A stretch of 25,086 nucleotides of DNA from a bacterium. Lineage in GTDB: Bacteria; Sysuimicrobiota; Sysuimicrobiia; Sysuimicrobiales; Humicultoraceae. Location of the stretch: contig JBGQGY010000042.1 of the NCBI GenBank assembly GCA_041497675.1, positions 1 through 25,086 of the forward strand, given 5' to 3'. How positions within the stretch are numbered: position 1 is the stretch's first letter; every line of letters begins with the position of its first letter. Shown here in pieces: positions 1 through 8,156 of this stretch. The position numbers and the translations under genes were made by a program. The notes under the pieces were generated by a model. The model was given only the letters and a program-made list of their open reading frames with translations, did no database searches and had not been told where the DNA came from.

Positions 1-737
1 ATCTTTGGGGTCACATCGAGCGTCATCGCAAACGTCGCGACCGCCGTCGTCATGCGCACGTCGACAGGTTGGTCGAGGTCGAACACCACCCGGGTGATAT
101 ACGGCTTGATCTGGAATTGTGCGGCGCGGATTCGTGTGACCCCGGCGTATCCAACCGGCAAATCCTGATCGGAGGGGCGAAATGCCCCGCCGTGAAGATC
201 GACCACCAGCCGATCGGGATTGACCAGGGTGTGGGTCTCCGCCCGCAGCGGACCGGTGGCATCCACCACGACCCGGACCGCGTCACCGGCGCGCTGCACG
301 TGGAGGGCCTTGATCTGCGACGCGACGTGCAGCGTCCTCGCCGCCTCGTCGTATCGCACCCACGCGCCCAGGGTGGAGAAGACGAACTGCGCCGGGACAT
401 ACGCGATCTCGCCGACGAGCGCGGGTGCCACCGGCAGGGACCGGGTCTCGTTGTTCACCTGTGCGGTGGACTGATTGATGCGCAGCCGGATCACGAGCCC
501 GGTGCGATTGGAGATCAGGATGACGCGGTCATCGGGGAGCCACGCCGCGCCGGCGCCAAACGCCTCAAACGCGCGGGCCGCCGGGATCATCACCTGGCCG
601 TCGCGGACAATCGGCGGCGCGGCCAGGGAGAGCGGCGACCCGTTGACGACGACTCGAACGACACCCTGAGCGGCGGCCGGCGCCACAAGCGCCGTCGCCG
701 TCACAGCCACGATCATGAAGACCACACTTGCACGCAT
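1..737 (-). CDS. Secreted protein with copper-amine-oxidase-N (stalk)-like and AMIN domains, probable N-acetylmuramoyl-L-alanine amidase; 3' end runs off the window
   Basis: Absent from the ORF track because there is no stop in the window. Manual translation from ATG 737 gives MRASVVFMIVAVTATALVAPAAA (signal peptide), VVVNGSPLSLAAPPIVRDGQVMIP...AQVNNETRSLPVAPALVGEIAYVP (stalk-like) and HTLVNPDRLVVDL...IRAAQFQIKPYITRVVFDL (AMIN). The amidase catalytic domain is not visible, so that part is inferred. Confidence 0.75.
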   Translation of the reverse strand, partial: MRASVVFMIVAVTATALVAPAAAQGVVRVVVNGSPLSLAAPPIVRDGQVMIPAARAFEAFGAGAAWLPDDRVILISNRTGLVIRLRINQSTAQVNNETRSLPVAPALVGEIAYVPAQFVFSTLGAWVRYDEAARTLHVASQIKALHVQRAGDAVRVVVDATGPLRAETHTLVNPDRLVVDLHGGAFRPSDQDLPVGYAGVTRIRAAQFQIKPYITRVVFDLDQPVDVRMTTAVATFAMTLDVTPK

Positions 738-898
738 TCAGCACCGTGCCTAGTGCGCCGTCACACCCTCCCCGATCGCTCTGTTCCCCTCCGGCAGTCC
801 CCGAAGACCTGCACGTTCGTCGCCGTGGGGGGAACTCCTGCCCCAGCGCGGAATGCCCCGCAGGAAGCGGGACGACCCGCGACATGAAGGAGACGCCC

Positions 899-1909
899 GT
901 GCGCTTCGATGCCCATCTGGTCTACCAGTCGCTCCGCGAGATTCCCGAGATGGCACGGGCGGCCGAACGCCTCGGGTTTGATGGGTTGTGGACGAGCGAG
1001 ACGGATCACGACGCCTTCTTAGGCGCGGCGCTTGCGGCCGAGCACTCGACGCACTTGGCGGTCGGCACGTCTATTGCGCTGGCCTTCACGCGTAGCCCGA
1101 CCGCGCTCGCGTACACGGCCTGGGACCTCGGCCAGCTCTCCGGCGGCCGGTTCGTGCTGGGTCTCGGCACGCAGGTTCGCGGCCACATCGTGCGGCGCTT
1201 CGGCATGCCGTGGGATCCCCCGGCGCCCAAACTTCGCGACGTCATCGGGGCGATCCGCGCGGTGTGGGCGTCGTGGAGCGAGCGCACACCGCTGGACTAT
1301 CGCGGGCGATACGTCACGCTGACGTTGATGACGCCGTTCTTCACCCCACCGCCGCCGGCCCCCCCGCTGCGGATTGAAATCGCGGGGGTCGGCGCGCGGA
1401 TGTGCCGGCTCGCGGGGGAGGTCGCCGACGGGTTCCACCCCCATCCGTTTCACACGCGCCGCTACATGAACGAGGTCGTGGTCCCCCAAGTCGCCGCGGG
1501 GCTGGCGCGCAGCGGGCGCTCGCGCCGCGACGTCTCCATTTCAGCCTCGGTGTTTGTGGCCACGGGGACCAACGCGGAGATCGAGGCGGGGTTGCAGGCG
1601 ATCCGCCGGAGCATGTCTTTCTACGCTTCGACACCGGCGTACCGGCCGGTGCTCGACCTGCACGGGTGGACCGATATCGGTGAGGCCCTGAGCCGATGCG
1701 CCGCGCGCGGGCAGTGGCAGGAGATGCCCGGCATGGTCACCCAAGAGATGCTCGAGGCCGCAGCGCTGTGGGGGCCGCCGGATGAGGTGGCCGCGCGACT
1801 GGTGGCCGAATACGGCCCCGTGGCCGACCGTGTCAGGATCTACGACGCCTTCATCCCTGGGCAGCGGGACGCGGTGTGGCAGGCGCTGGCCAGGGGCGTG
1901 GCCGGCTAG
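899..1909 (+). CDS. LLM-class probable F420-dependent oxidoreductase (MSMEG_2256/TIGR03617-like)
   Basis: Motifs GFDGLWTSETDHDAFL, AWDLGQLSGGRFVLGLGTQVRGHIVRRFGMPW, TLMTPFF and FYASTPAY. AAGGAG (887-892) precedes GTG 899; ATG 884 is an alternative start. Confidence 0.85.
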   Translation: MRFDAHLVYQSLREIPEMARAAERLGFDGLWTSETDHDAFLGAALAAEHSTHLAVGTSIALAFTRSPTALAYTAWDLGQLSGGRFVLGLGTQVRGHIVRRFGMPWDPPAPKLRDVIGAIRAVWASWSERTPLDYRGRYVTLTLMTPFFTPPPPAPPLRIEIAGVGARMCRLAGEVADGFHPHPFHTRRYMNEVVVPQVAAGLARSGRSRRDVSISASVFVATGTNAEIEAGLQAIRRSMSFYASTPAYRPVLDLHGWTDIGEALSRCAARGQWQEMPGMVTQEMLEAAALWGPPDEVAARLVAEYGPVADRVRIYDAFIPGQRDAVWQALARGVAG

Positions 1910-2941
1910 ACCCCGAGCTCAGCGGCCAGCCCGTGCATCAACGGCCGCAGCGTCTGGGCGGAGAAGTCGAACCGCGCACCGGCGGCCGCGAAGAGTTCGG
2001 GCAGCGGGCGCGACCCGCCAAGCGCCAGCGCCTCGCGATATTGGCGGAGCGCGCCGGCGTGATCGGTCCGCGCACGCAGCCAGATCTGCAGGGCGCCGAT
2101 CTGTGCGATCCCGTATTCGATGTAGTAGAACGGAGACACGAACAGGTGGAGCTGCTGGTGCCACAGTGTCTCAACCACGTCCTCGTAGCCTGAGTAGTCG
2201 GCACCCGCCGAAAAGCGGGCAAAAACGCCCACCCAGGCGGCGCGCCGCTCGTCGCGCGAATACATACTCGCGATAGTCGACGCACCCGGCGTTGCGCGCG
2301 ATCCTGTAGCGAAGCACCAGCAGCTCATCAAAGATCGCGTCGAGCCGCTCTCGATCTTGCATGCGCCGGCGGACGACGGCCTCCCAGGCCTCCTGCCGCA
2401 CCGCCCGGTCGAGTTCTTCCAAATACCGCGCCATCTGCGGGAGCGTGTGGTCGCTCCCCTGGTAGGTAACGGTCATCGCTCCGGCGATCTTTTGGAACTG
2501 CTGTCGCAGCCCCGCCTCGTCGGTCTCGAGGGGGATATTCTCAGATCGGAACAGGGCTACCTGATTGTCGATCTGCCGATCGAGGACGGCGTACCGGCGA
2601 GGCAACGCTCGCCGGTGTGCGGAACAGAGATAGGCTTCGTTCAACGCGTGCGCCGGCGGCTTGAGCCTCGGGACGATCTCTTGAATGTAGAACAGATAGG
2701 CCCGCTCGCGCTCAGGGTCATCGGTCTGACACGTCATCGCCGTGTACCGGCGCGCCCGCTCCTCTTCGAGCACCGCGAAGAGCTCGCTCCCATCCTCCAG
2801 CCAGCGCTCCAGCGCCTCGGGGGAGTCGGGACGGGCGTCCAGCAGCCGCTTGAACAACGGTTCGATCTGCGCCCAATCACCGGGATCGGCCTGCGGCGGG
2901 ACGAAGCGGCGTGGATAGGTGATCTCGAGATCGACGGTCAC
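1906..2941 (-). pseudogene. M3-family oligoendopeptidase (PepF-like) with an out-of-frame internal deletion that removes the catalytic core
   Basis: About 229 N-terminal residues (YPRRFVP...MTCQTDD...LFRSENIPL...IARNAGCVDYREYVF) join at about 2250-2257 to about 115 C-terminal residues in another frame (DERRAAW...WHQQLHLFVSPFYYIEYGIAQIGALQIW...ALALGGSRPLPELF). Neither part has HEXXH. The GTG start overlaps the pyk stop (GTGA). Confidence 0.8.
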
Positions 2942-4371
2942 AGGTGTTGCTCTTCGACCTTCACCACTTTCAAGAAGTTCGTCGTCCCCTGGCGGCCAAG
3001 TGGGAATCCCGCGGTGACGACGACCAACTCGCCGAGCCTTGCGGCCCCCACCTCGACCGCCGCTCGCACACCGCGGTCCACCAGCTCATCGAGAGTCGAC
3101 GCCGGATCGACCAGCACCGGGCGGACGCCCCAGGTGAGACAGAGTTGCCGCCAGGTCGCTTTGGAGTGCGTGACGGCGACAATCGGTCGCCGCGGGCGGA
3201 ACCGCGACACCCGCCGCGCCGTGCTGCCGGATTCGGTGGACGCGACGATCGCGGCGGCCTCCACCGCCTCGGCGGCCTGGCAGGCGGCCAGGGCAATCGC
3301 TTCACCCGTATCGGTGCCGCGCTCCCGCGCGCGCTCGCGAAGGATCAAGTCATAGGGGAGCGCGGCCTCGGCGCGCGCCGCGATCGTGGCCATGGTCGTC
3401 ACCGCTTCAACCGGGTGCGCCCCGACCGCCGTCTCGGCGGACAGCATCAACGCGTCGGTGCCGTCAAACACCGCGTTGGCCACGTCGGCGGCCTCCGCAC
3501 GAGTCGGCCGCGCGTGGACGATCATACTCTCGAGCATCTGGGTAGCGGTGATCACCGGTTTCCCCAAACGGTTGCACAACCCGATGATCGTCTTTTGCAC
3601 GATGGGGACTTCCTCGATCGACGTCTCGACGGCCAGATCGCCACGCGCGACCATCACGCCATCGGCGGCCGCGACGATCTCGTCGATCCGATCGAGCGCG
3701 CGGCGCCGCTCGATCTTGGCGATCAGGCGGGGACGGGCGCCCCGCGCCGCCGCCAGCGTTCGGACGCGCTCGATATCCTCGGCGCTCTCCACAAATGAGA
3801 GCCCGATGAAGTCCACCTCGTGGGCCACGCCCCATTCGAGATGCCGGACGTCGTCGTCGGTGAGCGCCGGGACGCTCAGTGTCACGTCGGGCAGGTTGAG
3901 ACCGGCGTGCTCTCGCAGATGCCCGCCGCACTCCACGTCGCATCGCACGTGGGATCCGCCGACTTCGCGCACGAGCAGGATCAGCTCGCCGTCCTGCAGG
4001 AAGATCCGGTGGCCCGGACGCAGGTCCGCGACCAGGTGTGGATACGCGACGGGGATTTCACCGTGTGCCGCGTGCGGTTCCGTCGTCAGGACCACCCCGG
4101 CCCCCGTGGCGAGGTCCACCGCGCCCCCGGGCAGCGCGCCGATTCGCAGCTTGGGTCCGGGCAAGTCTTGCAAGACGCCCACCGGCCGACCCAGATCGGC
4201 GGCCACCCGGCGCGCCGTCTCCAGGCGCTGACCGTGCTCGTCCGGCGTGCCGTGCGAAAAGTTCAGCCGAACGACGTCGGCGCCGGCCGCGAGTATCCCG
4301 TGGAGGACCTCAGGCGTCTGCGAGGCGGGGCCGAGCGTGACAACGATTCGGGTGCGGCGAGACCACGACAT
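2938..4371 (-). CDS. pyk: Pyruvate kinase
   Basis: TRIVVTLGPAS, RLNFSHG, DLPGPKLRIG, IAKIE, DGVMVARGDL, ATQMLESM, PTRAEAADVANAVFDGTDALMLSAETAVG. ATG 4371 chosen; TTG 4374 is in frame. Confidence 0.97.
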   Translation of the reverse strand: MSWSRRTRIVVTLGPASQTPEVLHGILAAGADVVRLNFSHGTPDEHGQRLETARRVAADLGRPVGVLQDLPGPKLRIGALPGGAVDLATGAGVVLTTEPHAAHGEIPVAYPHLVADLRPGHRIFLQDGELILLVREVGGSHVRCDVECGGHLREHAGLNLPDVTLSVPALTDDDVRHLEWGVAHEVDFIGLSFVESAEDIERVRTLAAARGARPRLIAKIERRRALDRIDEIVAAADGVMVARGDLAVETSIEEVPIVQKTIIGLCNRLGKPVITATQMLESMIVHARPTRAEAADVANAVFDGTDALMLSAETAVGAHPVEAVTTMATIAARAEAALPYDLILRERARERGTDTGEAIALAACQAAEAVEAAAIVASTESGSTARRVSRFRPRRPIVAVTHSKATWRQLCLTWGVRPVLVDPASTLDELVDRGVRAAVEVGAARLGELVVVTAGFPLGRQGTTNFLKVVKVEEQHL

Positions 4372-4470
4372 CAATCCGTTGGAAGTATACCAGCCGCGAC
4401 GCTAGAAGGCGCGCCCCAGCGTCGGGGCGAAATGGTCGGGGCAACGACAAGGCTGCGAGGGAGGCCCATC

Positions 4471-6006
4471 GTGATTCTGCGGGTCGTCGTCTTCGGCAGC
4501 GGCGCGGTCCTGATGGGGCTGGAGATCGTCGGCAGCCGTATCATCGCGCCGTTCTTCGGGAGTTCAGTCTACGTGTGGGGCGGGCTGATCAGCATCTTTT
4601 TGGCCGCGCTCAGCCTCGGCTATTACCTGGGCGGCACCATGGCCGATCGCTGGCCGCGCCCAACGCTGCTCGCCGGACTGCTGGCGCTGTCGGGTCTGGC
4701 GATCCTGATCCTGCCGGTCGTCTCGCGTCCCGTGCTTGTGGCCTTCGACGCCTGGGATCTCGGCCCGCGGCTGAATCCGCTGCTGGCATCGGTGACGCTG
4801 TTCACCGTCCCGAGCGTGCTGATGGGGATGACCTCACCGTTTGCGATCAAACTGGTCGCGCGGGATCTGGCGACGGTCGGTACCAGCGCCGGGGTGCTCT
4901 ACGCCTTGTCGACCGCGGGGAGTATCGTGGGGACGATCAGCACGGCGTTCTTTTTGGTACCGGCGATGGGCGTGCGCGCGATCCTGTACCTGCTCGGCGC
5001 ATCGTTACTCGGGCTCTCGGCACTGCTGCTGCTGCGGTACAGCACGGCGCCGAGACCCGTGCTGCGCGCGGGCGTCGCAGCCCTGTTGGTGTTGCTGGCC
5101 ACCGGGTCGCTGCAGGGCGGCCCGATCAAACTGCCTGAGTCCAAGGTCGTCTACGAGAAGGACAGCGCCTACCATCAGATCAGCATCCTCGAAGACGGTC
5201 TGAACCGCTATCTCCGTTTCAACCGGTCGTTCCAGGGCGGGATGGTGCTGAAGGACGCGTTTGAGAGTCCGTTCCTCTACACCTCATATGCGCACCTGGC
5301 GTGGATCTTCAACCCGGCGATCAAGCGGATGCTGGTCGTCGGCTTGGGCGCGGGGTCGATCCCCAAGCGCTTCACGCGCGACTATGCCGACGTGACGGTC
5401 GACACCGTGGAGCTCGACCCTGCGGTTGTTGACGTCGCCAAGCGGTTCTTCGAGGTCAAGGAGGATGCGCGGCAGCGCATCACCGTACAGGACGGCCGCG
5501 TGTTCCTGCGGCGCGCTGAGGCGAAGTACGATCTGATCATCCTAGACGCGTACTTTGCGGAAGGGATCCCTTTCCATCTGGCGACAAAGGAGTTCCTGGA
5601 AATCGTGCGCGATCACCTGGCGCCGGGCGGGGTGGTGGTCTCGAACATCATCGGCGCGATGGAGGGAGCGAACAGCTACCTGTTTCGCGCGCTCTATCGC
5701 ACCTACAACGGCCTGTTCCCGGGGCTCTATCCATTCCCGGTGGCCTTTGGGCTCGCGCGCATCGCGACCGAGACCCGAACGATCATTCTGATATCGACCG
5801 GCCGCGCCGGAATCGATGGAGACGAAATCCGTGCCACGGCGGGCCGGCTGCGTGCGAGCGGAAAAGTGCGACTCACGGTGGACCGCTATGCGAGAGACTA
5901 CTACGACCGCCGTGTGGCGGTCGACGACGTGCCGGTGCTGACCGACGACTACTCCCCGGTGGACATTCTCCCCGTGTACGGCTGGCAGCCCGAGCGGACC
6001 AAGTAA
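4471..6006 (+). CDS. Fused multi-TM (MFS-like) / spermidine-synthase-like SAM-binding protein
   Basis: GGGAGG precedes GTG 4471. N-terminal TM domain with LEIVGSRIIAPFFGSSVYVWG and LYALSTAGSIVG. C-terminal Rossmann domain with LVVGLGAGS, VELDPAVV, DGRVFL, YDLIILDAY, HLATKEF and VLTDDYSP. Confidence 0.88.
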   Translation: MILRVVVFGSGAVLMGLEIVGSRIIAPFFGSSVYVWGGLISIFLAALSLGYYLGGTMADRWPRPTLLAGLLALSGLAILILPVVSRPVLVAFDAWDLGPRLNPLLASVTLFTVPSVLMGMTSPFAIKLVARDLATVGTSAGVLYALSTAGSIVGTISTAFFLVPAMGVRAILYLLGASLLGLSALLLLRYSTAPRPVLRAGVAALLVLLATGSLQGGPIKLPESKVVYEKDSAYHQISILEDGLNRYLRFNRSFQGGMVLKDAFESPFLYTSYAHLAWIFNPAIKRMLVVGLGAGSIPKRFTRDYADVTVDTVELDPAVVDVAKRFFEVKEDARQRITVQDGRVFLRRAEAKYDLIILDAYFAEGIPFHLATKEFLEIVRDHLAPGGVVVSNIIGAMEGANSYLFRALYRTYNGLFPGLYPFPVAFGLARIATETRTIILISTGRAGIDGDEIRATAGRLRASGKVRLTVDRYARDYYDRRVAVDDVPVLTDDYSPVDILPVYGWQPERTK

Positions 6007-6021
6007 GAGCAGCTCGGCACG

Positions 6022-6219
6022 TTAGACCGACGGCGTACCTTCCGGACTGGGCGTGCTCTCCGGGCCGGGGACGGGGACGGCGCCTTCAGGCTGCGCCGGG
6101 GCCTGGGGAGCCTGAGGCTCGGCCAGCCGTCCATGCTTGCGGGCGAGCTTTCGGGCCCGCTCCTCTTGTTTGCGGATCTCCCGCGCCCGCTTGGCTGCGG
6201 AGTACCGTGGGCGTGCCAT
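6022..6219 (-). CDS. Small basic hypothetical protein (65 aa)
   Basis: ATG preceded by purine-rich GAGGAAAGGGGGG. R/K-rich helical N-terminus and P-rich tail. Fills the gap between two + strand genes without overlap. Confidence 0.65.
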   Translation of the reverse strand: MARPRYSAAKRAREIRKQEERARKLARKHGRLAEPQAPQAPAQPEGAVPVPGPESTPSPEGTPSV

Positions 6220-6330
6220 GAACGACCCCCCCTTTCCTCTATCCTCCCACGGATAGGTCCGCGGCGCAAATGAGTTCGCACTCGCACCGACACGCGGAGG
6301 GAGTCTCCCCGGTCGCGGGGAAGTGGCCTC

Positions 6331-7584
6331 GTGATGGTCATGCGAGGCGTCGTCCTTGCGCTCGTCGTCCTGCTGCTCACCGCAGCGGGAACCGGCGCGC
6401 AGTCATCGATCTTCGCAGAGGGTGCCGCCGCGGGTGACGTGAGGGCCGACAGTGCCGTCATCTGGACCCGCACCAGCAGACCCGCCGAGGTTCGCGTCGA
6501 GTTCAGCACCGCCCCCGACTTCCGGAACGTCCAGACGTCAGATTCCACGACGACCGGCCCCGAGGGCGACTACACGGCGCACGTCGGCCTGCGCGACCTG
6601 CCACCCGGTCAGCGCATTTACTACCGCGTCGCCGCCGCGTCTGAGACGGGCCCCGGCGGCAGCTTCATCACCGCGCCGGCACCCACCCGTGACGCGCCCC
6701 TTGCGCTGATCTGGGGCGCCGACACGCAAGAGGAGCTCCGTCCCTTCCGGATCTTCCAGGCGATGCAGCGGCGCGCTCCGGATGTCTTCTTGTATCTGGG
6801 CGATACCATCTACTCGGACCTGGGTTCGGTCCGCGCCACGACTCTCGACGCGTACCGGCAGAAGTATCGCGCCAACCGCGAAGACCCGCACCTGCGCGCG
6901 TTCCTGTCGTCGACGTCCTCGTGGGTGATGTGGGATGACCATGAAGTGGCGAACAACTTCGACAGCCGCCACGCGCGTCTCGCCGTCGGCCTCCGAGCGT
7001 TTCTCGACTCCTGGCCCATCCGCACCCCGCCCGGGCAGCCGACCCGCCTGTACCGCAGCCTCCGGTGGGGCCGCGGCGCGGAGATCTTCATCCTCGATAC
7101 CCGGCAATACCGGTCACCGTCGCGCGCGCCGGACGGCGCGGGCAAGACGATGTTGGGGCGCGAACAGAAGCAATGGCTGATCGATGGGCTGCGACGGTCC
7201 GATGCCGCCGTGAAGATCGTCGCCAGCAGCGTCGTGCTGCGCCATCACGGGGCGGACTCGTGGGAAGGCTATCCCACCGAGCGTGAGGAGATCCTACAGG
7301 CGGTCCGCGATCTGCGCATCACCAACGTGTTTGTCTTGTCCGCGGACGTGCACTACGCGGCGTGGATCCGCCACCCGGAAGGAATCTTTGAAGCCGTGTC
7401 CGGGCCGCTGGCGGCGTCCCGAGCGACGACGGCGAGGTCCTCGGGGCGGCCGGGTGTCCTGTGGACCGCGGCCGACCGATTCAACTACGGATGGATGCGG
7501 ATCGCGCCGGATGCTGTCACACTGGAATGGCGAGACGACGGCGACGCGTTGTTGCATCAGGTGCGGGTCACGATCACGCGATAG
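6331..7584 (+). CDS. phoD: Alkaline phosphatase D (PhoD) family metallophosphoesterase, secreted
   Basis: Signal peptide, then AGDVRADSAVIWTR, YLGDTIYSD, MWDDHEVANN, LDTRQYR, MLGREQKQWL, DSWEGY and LSADVH. The start could be 6331, 6334 or 6340. Confidence 0.9.
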   Translation: MMVMRGVVLALVVLLLTAAGTGAQSSIFAEGAAAGDVRADSAVIWTRTSRPAEVRVEFSTAPDFRNVQTSDSTTTGPEGDYTAHVGLRDLPPGQRIYYRVAAASETGPGGSFITAPAPTRDAPLALIWGADTQEELRPFRIFQAMQRRAPDVFLYLGDTIYSDLGSVRATTLDAYRQKYRANREDPHLRAFLSSTSSWVMWDDHEVANNFDSRHARLAVGLRAFLDSWPIRTPPGQPTRLYRSLRWGRGAEIFILDTRQYRSPSRAPDGAGKTMLGREQKQWLIDGLRRSDAAVKIVASSVVLRHHGADSWEGYPTEREEILQAVRDLRITNVFVLSADVHYAAWIRHPEGIFEAVSGPLAASRATTARSSGRPGVLWTAADRFNYGWMRIAPDAVTLEWRDDGDALLHQVRVTITR

Positions 7585-7608
7585 ATCACGCTTGGGCCGG
7601 AGGGAACC

Positions 7609-8145
7609 GTGGACGCCTATCTGGCGCTTATAGGCAAACGAGAGGTGCGTCGCTACGAACAACGGCCGATCCCCGAAGACGTGCTCGCCAGGATCCTCGA
7701 GGCGGGTCGCGCCACGGGGAGCAGCCGGAACCGGCAGCCGTGGCGCTTCATCGTGGTGACCGACCGGGCGCGTCTGCGCGAGGTGGGCGCGCTGGCCTCC
7801 CGACCCGCCAACGTGGAATCGTGCGCGGCCGCGATCGTCGTCGCCATGCTCAATCCGCGGGCGGTGTTTGACGCGGGACGCGCGGCGCAAAACATCATGG
7901 TCGCGGCCTGGACGCTAGGCGTGGGCACGTGTCCCAACACGCCGACCGATGAAGCGGCGTTGAAGCGACTGCTGCATCTTCCGGATGACGCGATTGTCCC
8001 GACCGTCCTGTCGTCGGGATACCCGGCGCCGGGTGAACCGCGGCCGCGATCCAAGGCCGACGCGGTGCAGGTGCTCGCCCGGATCAACCGCCTGCCGCTC
8101 GCGGACGTCGTGTATCGGGAGGCGTTCCGATCCGCGACCGCGTAG
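7609..8145 (+). CDS. Nitroreductase family protein
   Basis: KREVRRYEQRPIP, ILEAGRATGSSRNRQPWRFIVV, DAGRAAQNIMVAAWTLGVGTC. GGAGG precedes the GTG start. Confidence 0.92.
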   Translation: MDAYLALIGKREVRRYEQRPIPEDVLARILEAGRATGSSRNRQPWRFIVVTDRARLREVGALASRPANVESCAAAIVVAMLNPRAVFDAGRAAQNIMVAAWTLGVGTCPNTPTDEAALKRLLHLPDDAIVPTVLSSGYPAPGEPRPRSKADAVQVLARINRLPLADVVYREAFRSATA

Positions 8146-8156
8146 TCGAACACCCA

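Noticed and set aside
69..887. 272-aa + strand ORF, and the many other long overlapping R/P/G-rich ORFs in the track
   Set aside because: These are antisense or off-frame shadows of real genes in high-GC DNA. Here the real gene is on the minus strand (1-737).
2245..2263. Programmed frameshift joining the two peptidase frames
   Set aside because: There is no slippery heptamer at the junction, and the joined product would still lack HEXXH.
3820..4470. N-terminal extension of ORF 3820..6006
   Set aside because: It overlaps pyk on the opposite strand. The RBS and the recognisable family sequence start at GTG 4471.
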